DNA of 64,000 nt from Fibrobacterota bacterium. Its GTDB lineage: Bacteria; Fibrobacterota; Fibrobacteria; UBA11236. The notes under the pieces were generated by a model. It ran no database searches. It was not told where the DNA came from and saw only the letters and a list, made by a program, of their open reading frames with translations. The position numbers and the translations under genes were made by a program. Location: positions 1-64,000 of the forward strand of contig JAYUVP010000058.1 of assembly GCA_043753995.1 (NCBI GenBank), written 5' to 3'. The first letter of the stretch is position 1. Each line of letters starts with the position of its first letter. Below, piece after piece: positions 19,559-28,942 of this stretch.

Positions 19559-21405
19559 ATGCGAAATCCATTTTGGACTTGGCCTTTCTTTGGGTTGATT
19601 CCCCTGATTTTTCTCCTGCAGGGATGTTTTTTATCCACGGGAAAAGGAGATGGTTCGAATACCAACTCCACCTTTTCGGGAATTTTACGGTTTACCCATC
19701 CCCAGTCCAAAGCCCGCTTCGATTTGGATTCTTCGTATCCAATCACTTGGGAAGCTTCGGATGCCGCAGGAAGTGGCCGCCTACGATTGTCTTTATTCCG
19801 AGGCAATCGCAACTTGGGTGATTTGGCCGCCTCCTTGGCTGTGGACGGCAGCTATTCCTGGAACTTGGTGGCCACTCGATCCCTGGCCGAATAGATTCGG
19901 CCTTATCCATAGCTTGGAGTTCGGTGGGTGAAATCGGAGGAGGCGTCGGAATCCAATTATTCCAAGACACTTCCCATTTGCTCAACTTGACCCAATCGGT
20001 CACCGTCGATGCGGGTAGCTTTCTCTGGCCCCTAGCAAAGGCTCCCGCCGGGCCTGCCACGAATTACCGCATTCGCATTTTCGCAGTTGCCGATCCTTCC
20101 ATTGAAAAGTTCAGCGATTATTTCACCCTCTCGCATTCTCCAAAATCCAACTATGCCTTCCTCTCTCCAATTGCCGAAGACACGGTTTATTCCGGCGGTT
20201 CTCTTCGATTGCAATGGACGGTACCTGAAAACAAAGTATCCCTCAGCCAAATTTCGCTTTGGCGAGATCAGCCACGAGATTCATTAATGGGGTACACGCC
20301 CTCATCCCCCGAAGGCAATGGCTTCGAGTGGCGAGTTCCCGAGAATTTGGCACCAGGCCAATATCGGATTCGCATCGCAAGCTATCCCGATCCCCGCCTC
20401 TACACGTTTTCACCCGTCATCCATGTGCTCGTCATCGCTTCCGATGCCTATGAATATGACAATGTCTTGGCGGAGGCCAAGACCATCCCATCCCTGGGAA
20501 ATAGCGAGTCGCATACCCTAACTCCTGGCGATGTCGATTGGATTCGCTTTAGGGTCGACTCGAGAAAGTTTTACCGGTTCCAAGTGAGCGCCGACCGGGA
20601 GTTGGCAATTGAATTGTGTGACAGTCTTGGGTTAAAGAATTTTGAAAAAGAAATTCGACAAATCAATTTCACATGGCATCATCTCGCCGTCGGCCCTAAT
20701 TATCTACGCCTGATAAATCCCTCGAAAAGCTTGGGCGCACACTATCAGGTAGCCATCTTCGAATACGACTCGGCCACCCTACAACCCTCCACCTTTACGG
20801 CCCCACAATCGAATACAGTCTGGCGGGCCGGTACTGAAACGAAAATCACCTGGAATCCTGATACGGCCCTATTCACAAAGCAAATCACCCTTAGCCTTTT
20901 ACACGACTCGTCACTCGTGAGTACGGTGGCGATTTACCAGGATAATTCGGGCGAAATCACTTGGGAAATTCCGGACTCCTTGCCTACCTCGAATCGATAC
21001 CGTCTCCAAATGGGTTCGATGTCTTCAGGATTGATACGTGCCTATGGCCCGCTCTTCACGATCGAAGGGCTTTCACCCGACGCCTTTGAGCCCGATGACA
21101 GCATTCAGGGTGCCAAGGAAATCTTCCCCGACCAGGCTACCCAGAGCCGTAATTTCCTCGCGGGCGAGATGGATTGGTGCCGCTTCCATGCGATCGCTGG
21201 AAAGGATTACCAAGCCGAGTTGATCACCACGTCCATTTTCCTGGCCATGGCGATTACCGATAGCGCTGGAGTCGAATATGATGCCGATACCACACGCAGT
21301 CCGGTAGTTGCCTTCACGGCGCCCAAAGAGGGCAGCTATTTCTTGAAAATTCGCGGCCTCATGGGCGCAGGCCCCTATACCCTTCGGATAAGCTCTCCAC
21401 CCTGA
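19559..21405 (+). pseudogene. Split lipoprotein gene with Kre9/KNH-like Ig domains and PPC-like domains (19559-19894 and about 19891-21405)
   Basis: Lipobox LLQGC. The first Ig-like domain stops mid-domain at TAG 19892-19894. A second frame resumes with IDSALSIAWSSVG and has repeated ITW...YRIRI...F domains plus DAYEYDN/DAFEPDD-PPC units. Confidence 0.7.
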
Positions 21406-21409
21406 AAGC

Positions 21410-21452
21410 TTGACTTCTGCAAATTATTGTACTACATTGAACTAGTACAATA
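21410..21452 (+). promoter_or_regulatory. Sigma70-type promoter overlapped by a YtrA-type GntR operator
   Basis: TTGACT (21410) - 17 nt - TACATT (21433); perfect inverted repeat TATTGTACTA-N8-TAGTACAATA (21425-21452). Confidence 0.8.
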
Positions 21453-21826
21453 TGATAGAGATTGACGCGCGCTCCCCATTGCCGGTATACGAGCAAATCG
21501 TTTTGCAAATACGCAAGGCCATTTCCGAGGGCGTGCTGGCCATCGGCGATCCGCTTCCTCCCATCCGGCAATTGGCCCTGGATTTAGAAGTGAATCCCGC
21601 CACGGTGGCCAAGGCTTATTTGATCTTGGACAAGGACGGAATCATTCACACGGCAGGTCGTCGGGGAACCTTCGTCCATGCCAAAGCCAAGCCGAATCTC
21701 AAAGAAACCTTGCATACGGCGGCGACCGAACAAGTCCGGGAGCTCATCGCTTATTGGAGGGGTCGGGGATTAAGTGAAATGGAGTTGAAGGAAATTTTTA
21801 ATCGGAATTTGAAAAGCCCTAATTAA
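21452..21826 (+). CDS. GntR family transcriptional regulator, YtrA subfamily
   Basis: PVYEQI, GDPLPPIRQLA, VNPATVAKAY, GRRGTFV; short C-terminal helical domain, 124 aa. Confidence 0.92.
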   Translation: MIEIDARSPLPVYEQIVLQIRKAISEGVLAIGDPLPPIRQLALDLEVNPATVAKAYLILDKDGIIHTAGRRGTFVHAKAKPNLKETLHTAATEQVRELIAYWRGRGLSEMELKEIFNRNLKSPN

Positions 21827-21850
21827 AAGAAATAGCGAAAAGGGAACCGT

Positions 21851-22753
21851 ATGAATATCAACCTAGAAGGTCTCCTATATGGCCTTCAAATCCTTGTCAC
21901 CTTTGGTTTCGCTGGCCCAAAAATGGCCCAGGCCGAGCGGCAAAGAAGTTTATCTCGAAATCCAGCCTGGGTATTATCCAATCCGGAATTCCTGAAGTCG
22001 CACCGCACCGTCGCGGTTTGGCCCTTGAGAGCGGCCGCCTTGCTTTCCCTGATGCTATTGGGAGTGGCACTGGCCATGGGCGATGTGAAACTCCTGTATG
22101 CCGTTCACAGTCCCCTCTTTGTTTTGCTTATGACGGGGCTGATTGCCTATTACGTAAAAGCCGAAGCCAAGGTTCAAGCCCTGATTCCCAAGGATGCGGT
22201 GCAGCGTGCCCCATTGATTCCGCGATCCGCATTCCGATTTCTTTCCCCTTGGTCGATACTCCCCTTGATCGGATTTTTCCTCGCCGCCTTGGTACTGAAT
22301 GGCGGCGGGTATTTCTTTGGATCCCTTTCTCCAGCACGCGTGCTCGGGAATATTTCCGTTCTTGTTCTTATGGCCGGTGGAGCCTGGTATGGGCTGATAC
22401 AGACCGTCAAAAGGCAACCCTATCGAACCACTTTGGAAACGGATACCTTAGGCCGAAGGTTTGAACTCCGAATCGTTTTGATCGCCGCTTATTATTTCGC
22501 GCTATTGGGGCTCTACTTCACCATCGGCAGCCTCGGAAGCGCTCCCGTTTTTTCTTTGCCACCCACCCTGCTACACGCCTTTTTCGAAGGCCAATCCTTT
22601 CCCTGGACGAATTTTTTTCAGGACTTCCACTATCGAATCGTCGATTACTCTGGTACAGCTTTAGTGGTTGCCGTGCTTCTGTGGACTGGGACAAGCAGGT
22701 TTTACCGAAAAGTCTTGGCCTTTCAATTTGAAACGTCCGCTCCGCTTCCATAA
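21851..22753 (+). CDS. Hypothetical multi-pass membrane protein
   Basis: About 7 hydrophobic segments; co-oriented between GntR and MFS. Confidence 0.7.
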   Translation: MNINLEGLLYGLQILVTFGFAGPKMAQAERQRSLSRNPAWVLSNPEFLKSHRTVAVWPLRAAALLSLMLLGVALAMGDVKLLYAVHSPLFVLLMTGLIAYYVKAEAKVQALIPKDAVQRAPLIPRSAFRFLSPWSILPLIGFFLAALVLNGGGYFFGSLSPARVLGNISVLVLMAGGAWYGLIQTVKRQPYRTTLETDTLGRRFELRIVLIAAYYFALLGLYFTIGSLGSAPVFSLPPTLLHAFFEGQSFPWTNFFQDFHYRIVDYSGTALVVAVLLWTGTSRFYRKVLAFQFETSAPLP

Positions 22754-22797
22754 GGTTCCGGCGCACTGAACGCCGATCCGTTATCGAAATCAAAGCT

Positions 22798-24006
22798 ATG
22801 ACTCCTTGGAAAGCTCGCTATTTCACCATCTGGTCTGGACAAGCGCTTTCCTTGGTTGGAAGTCAGGTGGTCCAATTCGCCATCATTTGGTGGCTCGCCA
22901 AGGGATCGAATTCGGCGACGGTATTGACCCTCGCTAGCCTCGCGGCTATGGTGCCTGCCATAGCCTTGGGTCCCCTGATTGGGGCCTTGGTAGATCGCTG
23001 GAATCGGCGTATCCTCATGATTGCCGCGGATGTTTGCACTGCCCTGCTGACCTTGGGGCTATTCCTTCTCTTCGCCTCGGATCGCGTGGAGAATTGGCAT
23101 ATCTATGCGGTGTTATTCGTTCGGTCGATAGCCGGAGTTTTTCACTCCGTTTCCATGCAGTCCTCCACCTCCCTTCTCGTTCCGAAGGAACAGCTCGTGC
23201 GAGTCGCGGGTTTGCGTCAAACCTTGGATGCAGGAATGAGCATAGGCGCGCCTTTTCTCGGGGCCTTGCTTGTGAGCCTCCTTCCGATGGAAGGCATTAT
23301 CCTGATCGATACCGTGACCTGCATCATTGCTGTGCTTCCACTCCTCTTCATCCCCATTCCCAAGCATCGTGAGGATGGCGAATCTGTTCCGCCTATTTGG
23401 AAAAGCATGAAAGAGGGTTTGTCCTTTATCAGGGGTTGGCGAGGGTTGGCCACACTCTGCGGCTTGGCTGCCGTGCTGAATCTTTTCGTTGGATCCATTT
23501 CCTCCCTTCTCCCGATCATGGTGACGCGGCACTACGGTTCCGAAGTGGGAACTTTGGCCACCTTCGAGTCGCTATTCTGCGTCGGAATGGTGGTCGGAGG
23601 TTTGGCGATGTCGGTCTGGGGCGGCTTCAAGAAGAGAATATTCACCATGCTGGTTGGCATCATGGGTCTCGGCTTCGCCATCATCGCTTTCGGATTCTCT
23701 CCCGGTCAGCCCTTTTTCCTGGCCTGCATTTTTGTTGGACTTGCCGGCTTCATGGTGGTTTTCTTGAATACGCCGATCGCGGCCCTACTCCAGGGGGTCA
23801 TTCCTCCGGAAAAGCAAGGTCGGGTATTTGCCACTCTTGGTAGCCTAAGTGCAGCATCCGTGCCAGTGGGGTTGGCCGTTACCGGTCCATTGTCCGACGT
23901 CTTCGATGTCTCGCATGTCTACATCGTCATCGGTCTTGTCTGTGCCATTCTAGGCGGGGCCGCCTTCGGTCTCCGGGGGCTGACAACTCTGGAGCAGCAA
24001 CGGTAG
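22798..24006 (+). CDS. MFS transporter, macrolide-efflux (MefA/DHA3-like) family
   Basis: IWSGQALSLVGSQVVQFAIIWW, GALVDRWNRR, IPPEKQGRVF; 12 predicted TM segments. Confidence 0.88.
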   Translation: MTPWKARYFTIWSGQALSLVGSQVVQFAIIWWLAKGSNSATVLTLASLAAMVPAIALGPLIGALVDRWNRRILMIAADVCTALLTLGLFLLFASDRVENWHIYAVLFVRSIAGVFHSVSMQSSTSLLVPKEQLVRVAGLRQTLDAGMSIGAPFLGALLVSLLPMEGIILIDTVTCIIAVLPLLFIPIPKHREDGESVPPIWKSMKEGLSFIRGWRGLATLCGLAAVLNLFVGSISSLLPIMVTRHYGSEVGTLATFESLFCVGMVVGGLAMSVWGGFKKRIFTMLVGIMGLGFAIIAFGFSPGQPFFLACIFVGLAGFMVVFLNTPIAALLQGVIPPEKQGRVFATLGSLSAASVPVGLAVTGPLSDVFDVSHVYIVIGLVCAILGGAAFGLRGLTTLEQQR

Positions 24007-24020
24007 ACGCCTATAGACCT

Positions 24021-24926
24021 CTACCATCGGCTCGCTTTGGAGGTCGCTTCTCTGCTCGGCAATCTTACCGCACTACCCACATAGCTCAACGCCAGCGAAC
24101 GTGTGAATTGAAAGCGGAAGCCGCGCGGCACATTTCCCGTCGCCAAGAGCCGCCAAAAGGCGGAGCTGAATTCCGGGCGCATTCCCCTCATCCCTTCGAC
24201 GCGCAAGCCCGCGCCGGTGCAAAGGTTTGATAGCTCCCGGGGCTTGAGGAAGAGAGGCAAGACATGCATATGTCTCGGCACATTCTTCACAAACCATTCC
24301 ACCCCTTTGATGATGATCAGCCAGGCAAACACATTGCGGTTGAAGGTATGGAATAAGAATAGGCCTCCTGGCCGCAACACGCGTGCCGCTTCTGCTATGG
24401 CCCGCCCAGGCGAAGTCACATGTTCCAGAAAATCCAGTGCGCATACCGCGTCGAAGGAGGCGTTTGGAAAGGGCAGGCTATAGGCATCGCCGGCTAGATA
24501 CGCGGGCGCAATAGAAGGCGATGTGTCAGAAGAAGGGTGAGGTGATTGGGTAAAGGGTGGTGTCTGCCCGTCCCCAGCCTGCGCAGCGCGCAAGCTTCCC
24601 AGCGATGCGTCTAGGCCAGCCACTCGATGGCCCAAGGCTGCGAGATGTCGGGCCAGCAAGCCGCCGCCGCAACCGATATCGAGCACACGGGCAGAGCCCG
24701 GACCCAATGCTTCGCGAATCCGGTCTGCCACCCATGGATCTTTCAAAGCCCCTTCGGCGCGGAGCAAGGCCACGGGATGGTCACTGCCTTCATGCCAACG
24801 CATACCCAGGTTATCGTAAAAGGCATTGTCGAGAATCGCACGATCGTCTACCGCAGTCGGATGTGTAGGCACGCCATCCGTAACTGGAAGGTTACCCTGG
24901 ATGGGCAAGGATGGTTTCCACTTCAT
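24021..24926 (-). CDS. UbiG-like SAM-dependent O-methyltransferase
   Basis: RVLDIGCGGGLL, FDAVCALDFLEHV, LRPGGLFLFHTFNRN, VPRHMH..PLFLKP; ATG 24926 overlaps the upstream stop (ATGA). Confidence 0.85.
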   Translation of the reverse strand: MKWKPSLPIQGNLPVTDGVPTHPTAVDDRAILDNAFYDNLGMRWHEGSDHPVALLRAEGALKDPWVADRIREALGPGSARVLDIGCGGGLLARHLAALGHRVAGLDASLGSLRAAQAGDGQTPPFTQSPHPSSDTSPSIAPAYLAGDAYSLPFPNASFDAVCALDFLEHVTSPGRAIAEAARVLRPGGLFLFHTFNRNVFAWLIIIKGVEWFVKNVPRHMHVLPLFLKPRELSNLCTGAGLRVEGMRGMRPEFSSAFWRLLATGNVPRGFRFQFTRSLALSYVGSAVRLPSREATSKASRW

Positions 24927-25381
24927 TCCTTCACCGCTACTTTGGCCCATGGGCCATTCCAGTAAGCCATTTGCCAGAGCCCGAAAGCGACCATCGCCCC
25001 CGTTTGCATTGCTAAGAATGCTCCAAATCCGGAGGGCCGGGTGCTAAAGGCCCAAAGGCCCGCGATCGCCAGGATAACGGGATGCAGTAGGAAAAGACAG
25101 GCATGCAACCAGCTCTCCGTACCGGAGCATAATTTCGCATGCACCCATTCGTCCTTGGTGACACAGAGGCAAGAGAATACCGAGGCCGTGGCATAGCCAG
25201 TCAGGCCGGCGGGTGTCGGTGGAATGAGGAGCGACATTCCGATGCAGGCTGCCGCCACCATGGTATCGACAGGATGCCCCCAGCGTTCCCAGGCGGGAAG
25301 CCCGCGCTGGCGATGAAAGCCCTCGTCAACAATCATGAGAGCCCCTTGCAGTGCGAAGGGTAATGCGGCCCAGGCCCACAT
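24923..25381 (-). CDS. Small membrane protein with twice-repeated DExxH-x7/8-ExWxH motif
   Basis: VDEGFHRQRGLPAWERWGHP and KDEWVHAKLCSGTESWLHAC among hydrophobic helices; tightly coupled to both neighbours. Confidence 0.75.
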   Translation of the reverse strand: MWAWAALPFALQGALMIVDEGFHRQRGLPAWERWGHPVDTMVAAACIGMSLLIPPTPAGLTGYATASVFSCLCVTKDEWVHAKLCSGTESWLHACLFLLHPVILAIAGLWAFSTRPSGFGAFLAMQTGAMVAFGLWQMAYWNGPWAKVAVKE

Positions 25382-25384
25382 GGC

Positions 25385-26623
25385 TCAAGCCTTGCGCAGC
25401 ATGGCGCCATACAAGGTCAATCCGGGACCGAAGGCTAGGCTGGTGATCAAGGCGCCGGAGGGAACATGGACATCGGATAGCATTCCAGCCCAAACATGGG
25501 GCAAGGTGGCGGAAGACATATTCCCGCAGGCTTTGAGTACGGCGCGGCTATGGGCCACTTGATTGGGCCGCAGTTCTAAAAGGCTCGCCACCTTGTCGAT
25601 AATGCGCGGGCCTCCGGGATGCACGGCAAAAAGACCGCGCTGCATGGCCTCGCGGGGATCGGTGCCCGTTTGCGCGTATAGGTTATCCAGGAAATCGCCC
25701 AAGGCGCCGGCAATAAGATCAGGGACATCGCGTGACAAACCGATACGCATGCCATGATCGCCCAGACACCATGCGATGGCGGGTCCGGTATCAGGCAGGA
25801 TTTCTTCGTGAACGCCTAGAAAATGGAAACCGCTTTCTATTCCATCGGCATTTCCGTCCGCCGCGCGGATGCTATAGCGTATATGCCCATCGGCGAAGAG
25901 GCTTTGGGCAACCAGTTGTTCGGGCTTATGTTCGCCGACATTCAAATGCACGGAACAGAACTCGGTATGCACGATGTCGACGCGCCCTCCGCTAGCCGCC
26001 TTATCGTTATGCACGCGCGGCGAGGCCATGAAGGCGGTGGCCATGCGGAGCGCTGGCATGGATGCATAACATCCCATATGGTAGGCATGAAGGACACCCG
26101 TGCGGCCTCGCCAGCCGCGTTTCGCGACGAGAAGCTGCGGGGCGCTGGGGGCGACATACCCGGTGCATGAGACATGGATCAATTCCTGAGGTGGCTCCTG
26201 CGAGACCCAGGTGTCGGGGATGTCATCGGCGACTTCGGCGCGCAGGGTGGGTAACGCCCCCGGTACTGGATAGAAGGCATTGAAGGCGCGCTCGGCAACC
26301 TCCTGGAACGCCTCCATGCGCACCGTCATTCCCGCGCCGTTGGGGTCGCTCTCCACATTGAACACGCGCATCTCGCTCCAATCAGGTTGGACGAAATCGT
26401 CCATTTCGAATCCGCGCGAAGACAGGTTTTCGGAATTGCAACCGTAGCGAGTGACCAGGCGTTCCATGCGAGTTCGGAAGCCGCCTTCATCGAATTCTCC
26501 TTCGGTACGCGCGGCCTCGGCATGAGCATGGGCCGTGGCCAGCCACTGAACCGCCTCCTCATGGCTCCCAACATGCCTGGGCCTTAGAATGCGGAAATCT
26601 CCGATAATGCAATCGATAGTCAT
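25385..26623 (-). CDS. Type III polyketide synthase (chalcone/stilbene synthase family)
   Basis: HVSCTG, HMGCYA (Cys), LFADG, VHPGG (His), GNMSS (Asn), AFGPGLT. Confidence 0.92.
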   Translation of the reverse strand: MTIDCIIGDFRILRPRHVGSHEEAVQWLATAHAHAEAARTEGEFDEGGFRTRMERLVTRYGCNSENLSSRGFEMDDFVQPDWSEMRVFNVESDPNGAGMTVRMEAFQEVAERAFNAFYPVPGALPTLRAEVADDIPDTWVSQEPPQELIHVSCTGYVAPSAPQLLVAKRGWRGRTGVLHAYHMGCYASMPALRMATAFMASPRVHNDKAASGGRVDIVHTEFCSVHLNVGEHKPEQLVAQSLFADGHIRYSIRAADGNADGIESGFHFLGVHEEILPDTGPAIAWCLGDHGMRIGLSRDVPDLIAGALGDFLDNLYAQTGTDPREAMQRGLFAVHPGGPRIIDKVASLLELRPNQVAHSRAVLKACGNMSSATLPHVWAGMLSDVHVPSGALITSLAFGPGLTLYGAMLRKA

Positions 26624-26768
26624 GGTAGCCCTCTCGGCAGACGTATGAGGGGCAAGATAGTGATAGGGTCGAGGGGGCGCAGGATTTATCGTTGTACACT
26701 TTGTCCCACTTAGGGAAAAAGACTACGGGTAAGTGCGGATTGAAAAAATCAGGTTGGTTGTTCGAGAT

Positions 26769-27707
26769 TTACCGGCTAAGCCTCACGGTTTCTCTCCGCT
26801 CGCCTCGGCCACTATTCCAGAGGAAGCGCGCCACATAGTTGCCTCGCGGCCAAAGTGAGGCATTGAACTCGATGGGCACGTTGGCATGTCGAGTGCGCGA
26901 GAACAACTTCCCTACGGGATCGAAAAGCTGCGCCTCGACATAGTTGCCTGCAAGAACGGGAGGCAAGAAAACGATAAACTTGTCGCCCAGTCGCCGAACC
27001 AGAGCATCAAAAGCCCCGGATGCCGGATCTTCGAAGAGATCCTTTTTTCGCAATCCCAAAGTGGCCTGCGGTAAGACGATATTGAAATCGCCAACTAAGC
27101 AGCCATCCGCTAGGGTTAAGGGAATGATGCGTGACTTCGCGCTCGGATCGTCCGCCCCATAATCTCCGGGGATATAAGGGTCGCCCTGGAAATACAATTG
27201 GGTCACGAGATCGGTCGGCGGAATACGGCCCGTCGGTGTGCGAATGCGAAGATGAATATGACTAGGTCTATAACTGGAACCATTGAGATAGACGCCGGGC
27301 TTGATAGTCAAAAAAGGCAGATCGCCTTTTTCATCGGAAATAATTCGCCCCCAATGCCGTGACTTTTCTGGATCTCCTCGATCATCGCAGGAGGGCATAC
27401 TGGGGTGGATATAACATCCCTGGGACGTGGCATGCCAAACTTCGGCGACCACGCCCTGCACGGGTCCGGAACAATCGGACGCCTTGGCTCGAATGAATAA
27501 ACTTTGCCCTGGGGCACCTGCGGCCAGGGGCGTCAGGCTATTGCGTCCTGGCGCATTGTCCAAATAATAGGGACCATAGCCATAGCGATCGGGAGACGTA
27601 GGCGTGGGGCAAGTCTCTCCCCGAACGCACCTAGGTAAGGCCAAGGTGCTTAGCGCAGCGGCGCCAAAGCCAAGGAATTCCCTGCGCTGCATTTTTGGTT
27701 TGTTCAT
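26769..27707 (-). CDS. Intradiol ring-cleavage dioxygenase-like protein with Tat signal and T9SS-like C-terminal domain
   Basis: QRREFLG Tat motif; GPYY, EVWHA..QGCY, TIKPGVY, RPSHIH, TQLYF; tail LFDPVG...GNYV. Confidence 0.85.
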   Translation of the reverse strand: MNKPKMQRREFLGFGAAALSTLALPRCVRGETCPTPTSPDRYGYGPYYLDNAPGRNSLTPLAAGAPGQSLFIRAKASDCSGPVQGVVAEVWHATSQGCYIHPSMPSCDDRGDPEKSRHWGRIISDEKGDLPFLTIKPGVYLNGSSYRPSHIHLRIRTPTGRIPPTDLVTQLYFQGDPYIPGDYGADDPSAKSRIIPLTLADGCLVGDFNIVLPQATLGLRKKDLFEDPASGAFDALVRRLGDKFIVFLPPVLAGNYVEAQLFDPVGKLFSRTRHANVPIEFNASLWPRGNYVARFLWNSGRGERRETVRLSR

Positions 27708-28942
27708 TCCGTCCCCCTTGGCGAAACTTTGCGGCCATTCAGATGGAAGGAAAAGGGTGTCACGCCTTTTGAATATTCAAGGCCAAAGCCTCGGCCTAAT
27801 CCGGATGCAGTCGCATGAGCCCGGCCACCTTGTTTTCGGTGCACCTGATTCTTTCCTGTCAGCGATACCACCGGCGCGGAGAATTTGGAGAATAGTCCAT
27901 CCTCGTTCATGGCCAGCAAGGTTCCATCGGCCGTGAGGGTCATTGCCGAGATATGCAAATCCCTAAGACCCGCATTCGCGTCTTTCCAAGTAGACCCGCT
28001 ATCGTCGCTGAAGAGAATACCTTGACCCCAAGTGCCGAGCCAAAGTCTTCGCTCAGATATCGAGGTGGCGGAGACGGCCCAAGCGGTGACCGTCGATTCC
28101 GGGAAAGACTTGAAAAATCGAGTCGATGCCAAAACAGTGTCTATAAGTCGACAAACGGTGTGAAGCGATGGCTCCTTTCGAAGAGTTTGGTCAATAGCCC
28201 AAACCAAGGAGTCAGGTGAAATAGGGTCGGCTGCGAGATAGGTCGCCTGAATTTGGTTTTCGTTTTTGATGGCCTTCCAAGTCTTGCCTCCATCGATACT
28301 TCCCCGCAGGGGTCCGGTCGTGGATGCAGCCAAGACCCAGCCTTTCGACATGCAGCGGATATCGGTAATTCTGCCATAGCTTGTCATGTAATTCGAATTC
28401 TTCCAAGTTCGACCCGAATCCACCGTGAAAGAAATGGTTTCGTAAGAACCCCCGGTGAGTGCGGAACCATCGTCACAAGCTGTCATGGACGATTGGAAAT
28501 TCGATATCGAGGGCATACGGCTCCAAGTCCGGCCACCATCGATGCTATGCTGTGGTCCCCAGTAGAGAATGCCCATATTTTTGGCCACTTTGAAGCTAAA
28601 TCGAATAAGGTTTGAGTCTCGCGTCGATGCGATTTTTTGAATCGCTCCGTCAGAATAACGGATGCTGAGCGTGTCTCTTACGGACAAGTAGGTGGAGCCG
28701 TCACGATCGCTAAATAGGCTTGGCAAATTGGTGTGATAATTAGGGCTTCTCCAGGGATCAGGTAAAGGTTGAAAACCAGGTATGGGCTCCCAAACCGCAG
28801 AAGCAAGAGTTGGCCCGGCCAGACAGGCCAAAACGGCAAATCGGAAAAAAAAAGGAAGGCGGAAACGTTTTTTTGGCTTCAATATGCGTTCTCCTGTGAC
28901 AGTCAGGACATTCGGATCTGGGTAAGGCTTTTTGAATTTCAT
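27704..28942 (-). CDS. Secreted BNR/Asp-box repeat beta-propeller protein
   Basis: SIDGGRTW, TVDSGRTW, SIDGGKTW, SDDSGSTW; signal peptide (alternative TTG start at 28882 after GGAG). Confidence 0.8.
   Translation of the reverse strand: MKFKKPYPDPNVLTVTGERILKPKKRFRLPFFFRFAVLACLAGPTLASAVWEPIPGFQPLPDPWRSPNYHTNLPSLFSDRDGSTYLSVRDTLSIRYSDGAIQKIASTRDSNLIRFSFKVAKNMGILYWGPQHSIDGGRTWSRMPSISNFQSSMTACDDGSALTGGSYETISFTVDSGRTWKNSNYMTSYGRITDIRCMSKGWVLAASTTGPLRGSIDGGKTWKAIKNENQIQATYLAADPISPDSLVWAIDQTLRKEPSLHTVCRLIDTVLASTRFFKSFPESTVTAWAVSATSISERRLWLGTWGQGILFSDDSGSTWKDANAGLRDLHISAMTLTADGTLLAMNEDGLFSKFSAPVVSLTGKNQVHRKQGGRAHATASGLGRGFGLEYSKGVTPFSFHLNGRKVSPRGTE

Noticed and set aside
24021..24926. Canonical ubiG of ubiquinone synthesis
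   Set aside because: No other ubi genes nearby and it is coupled to a type III PKS, so no gene symbol was assigned.
28845..28853. A9 tract in the BNR gene signal region as a phase-variation switch
   Set aside because: In frame (poly-Phe codons), short, and no evidence of length variation from a single sequence.
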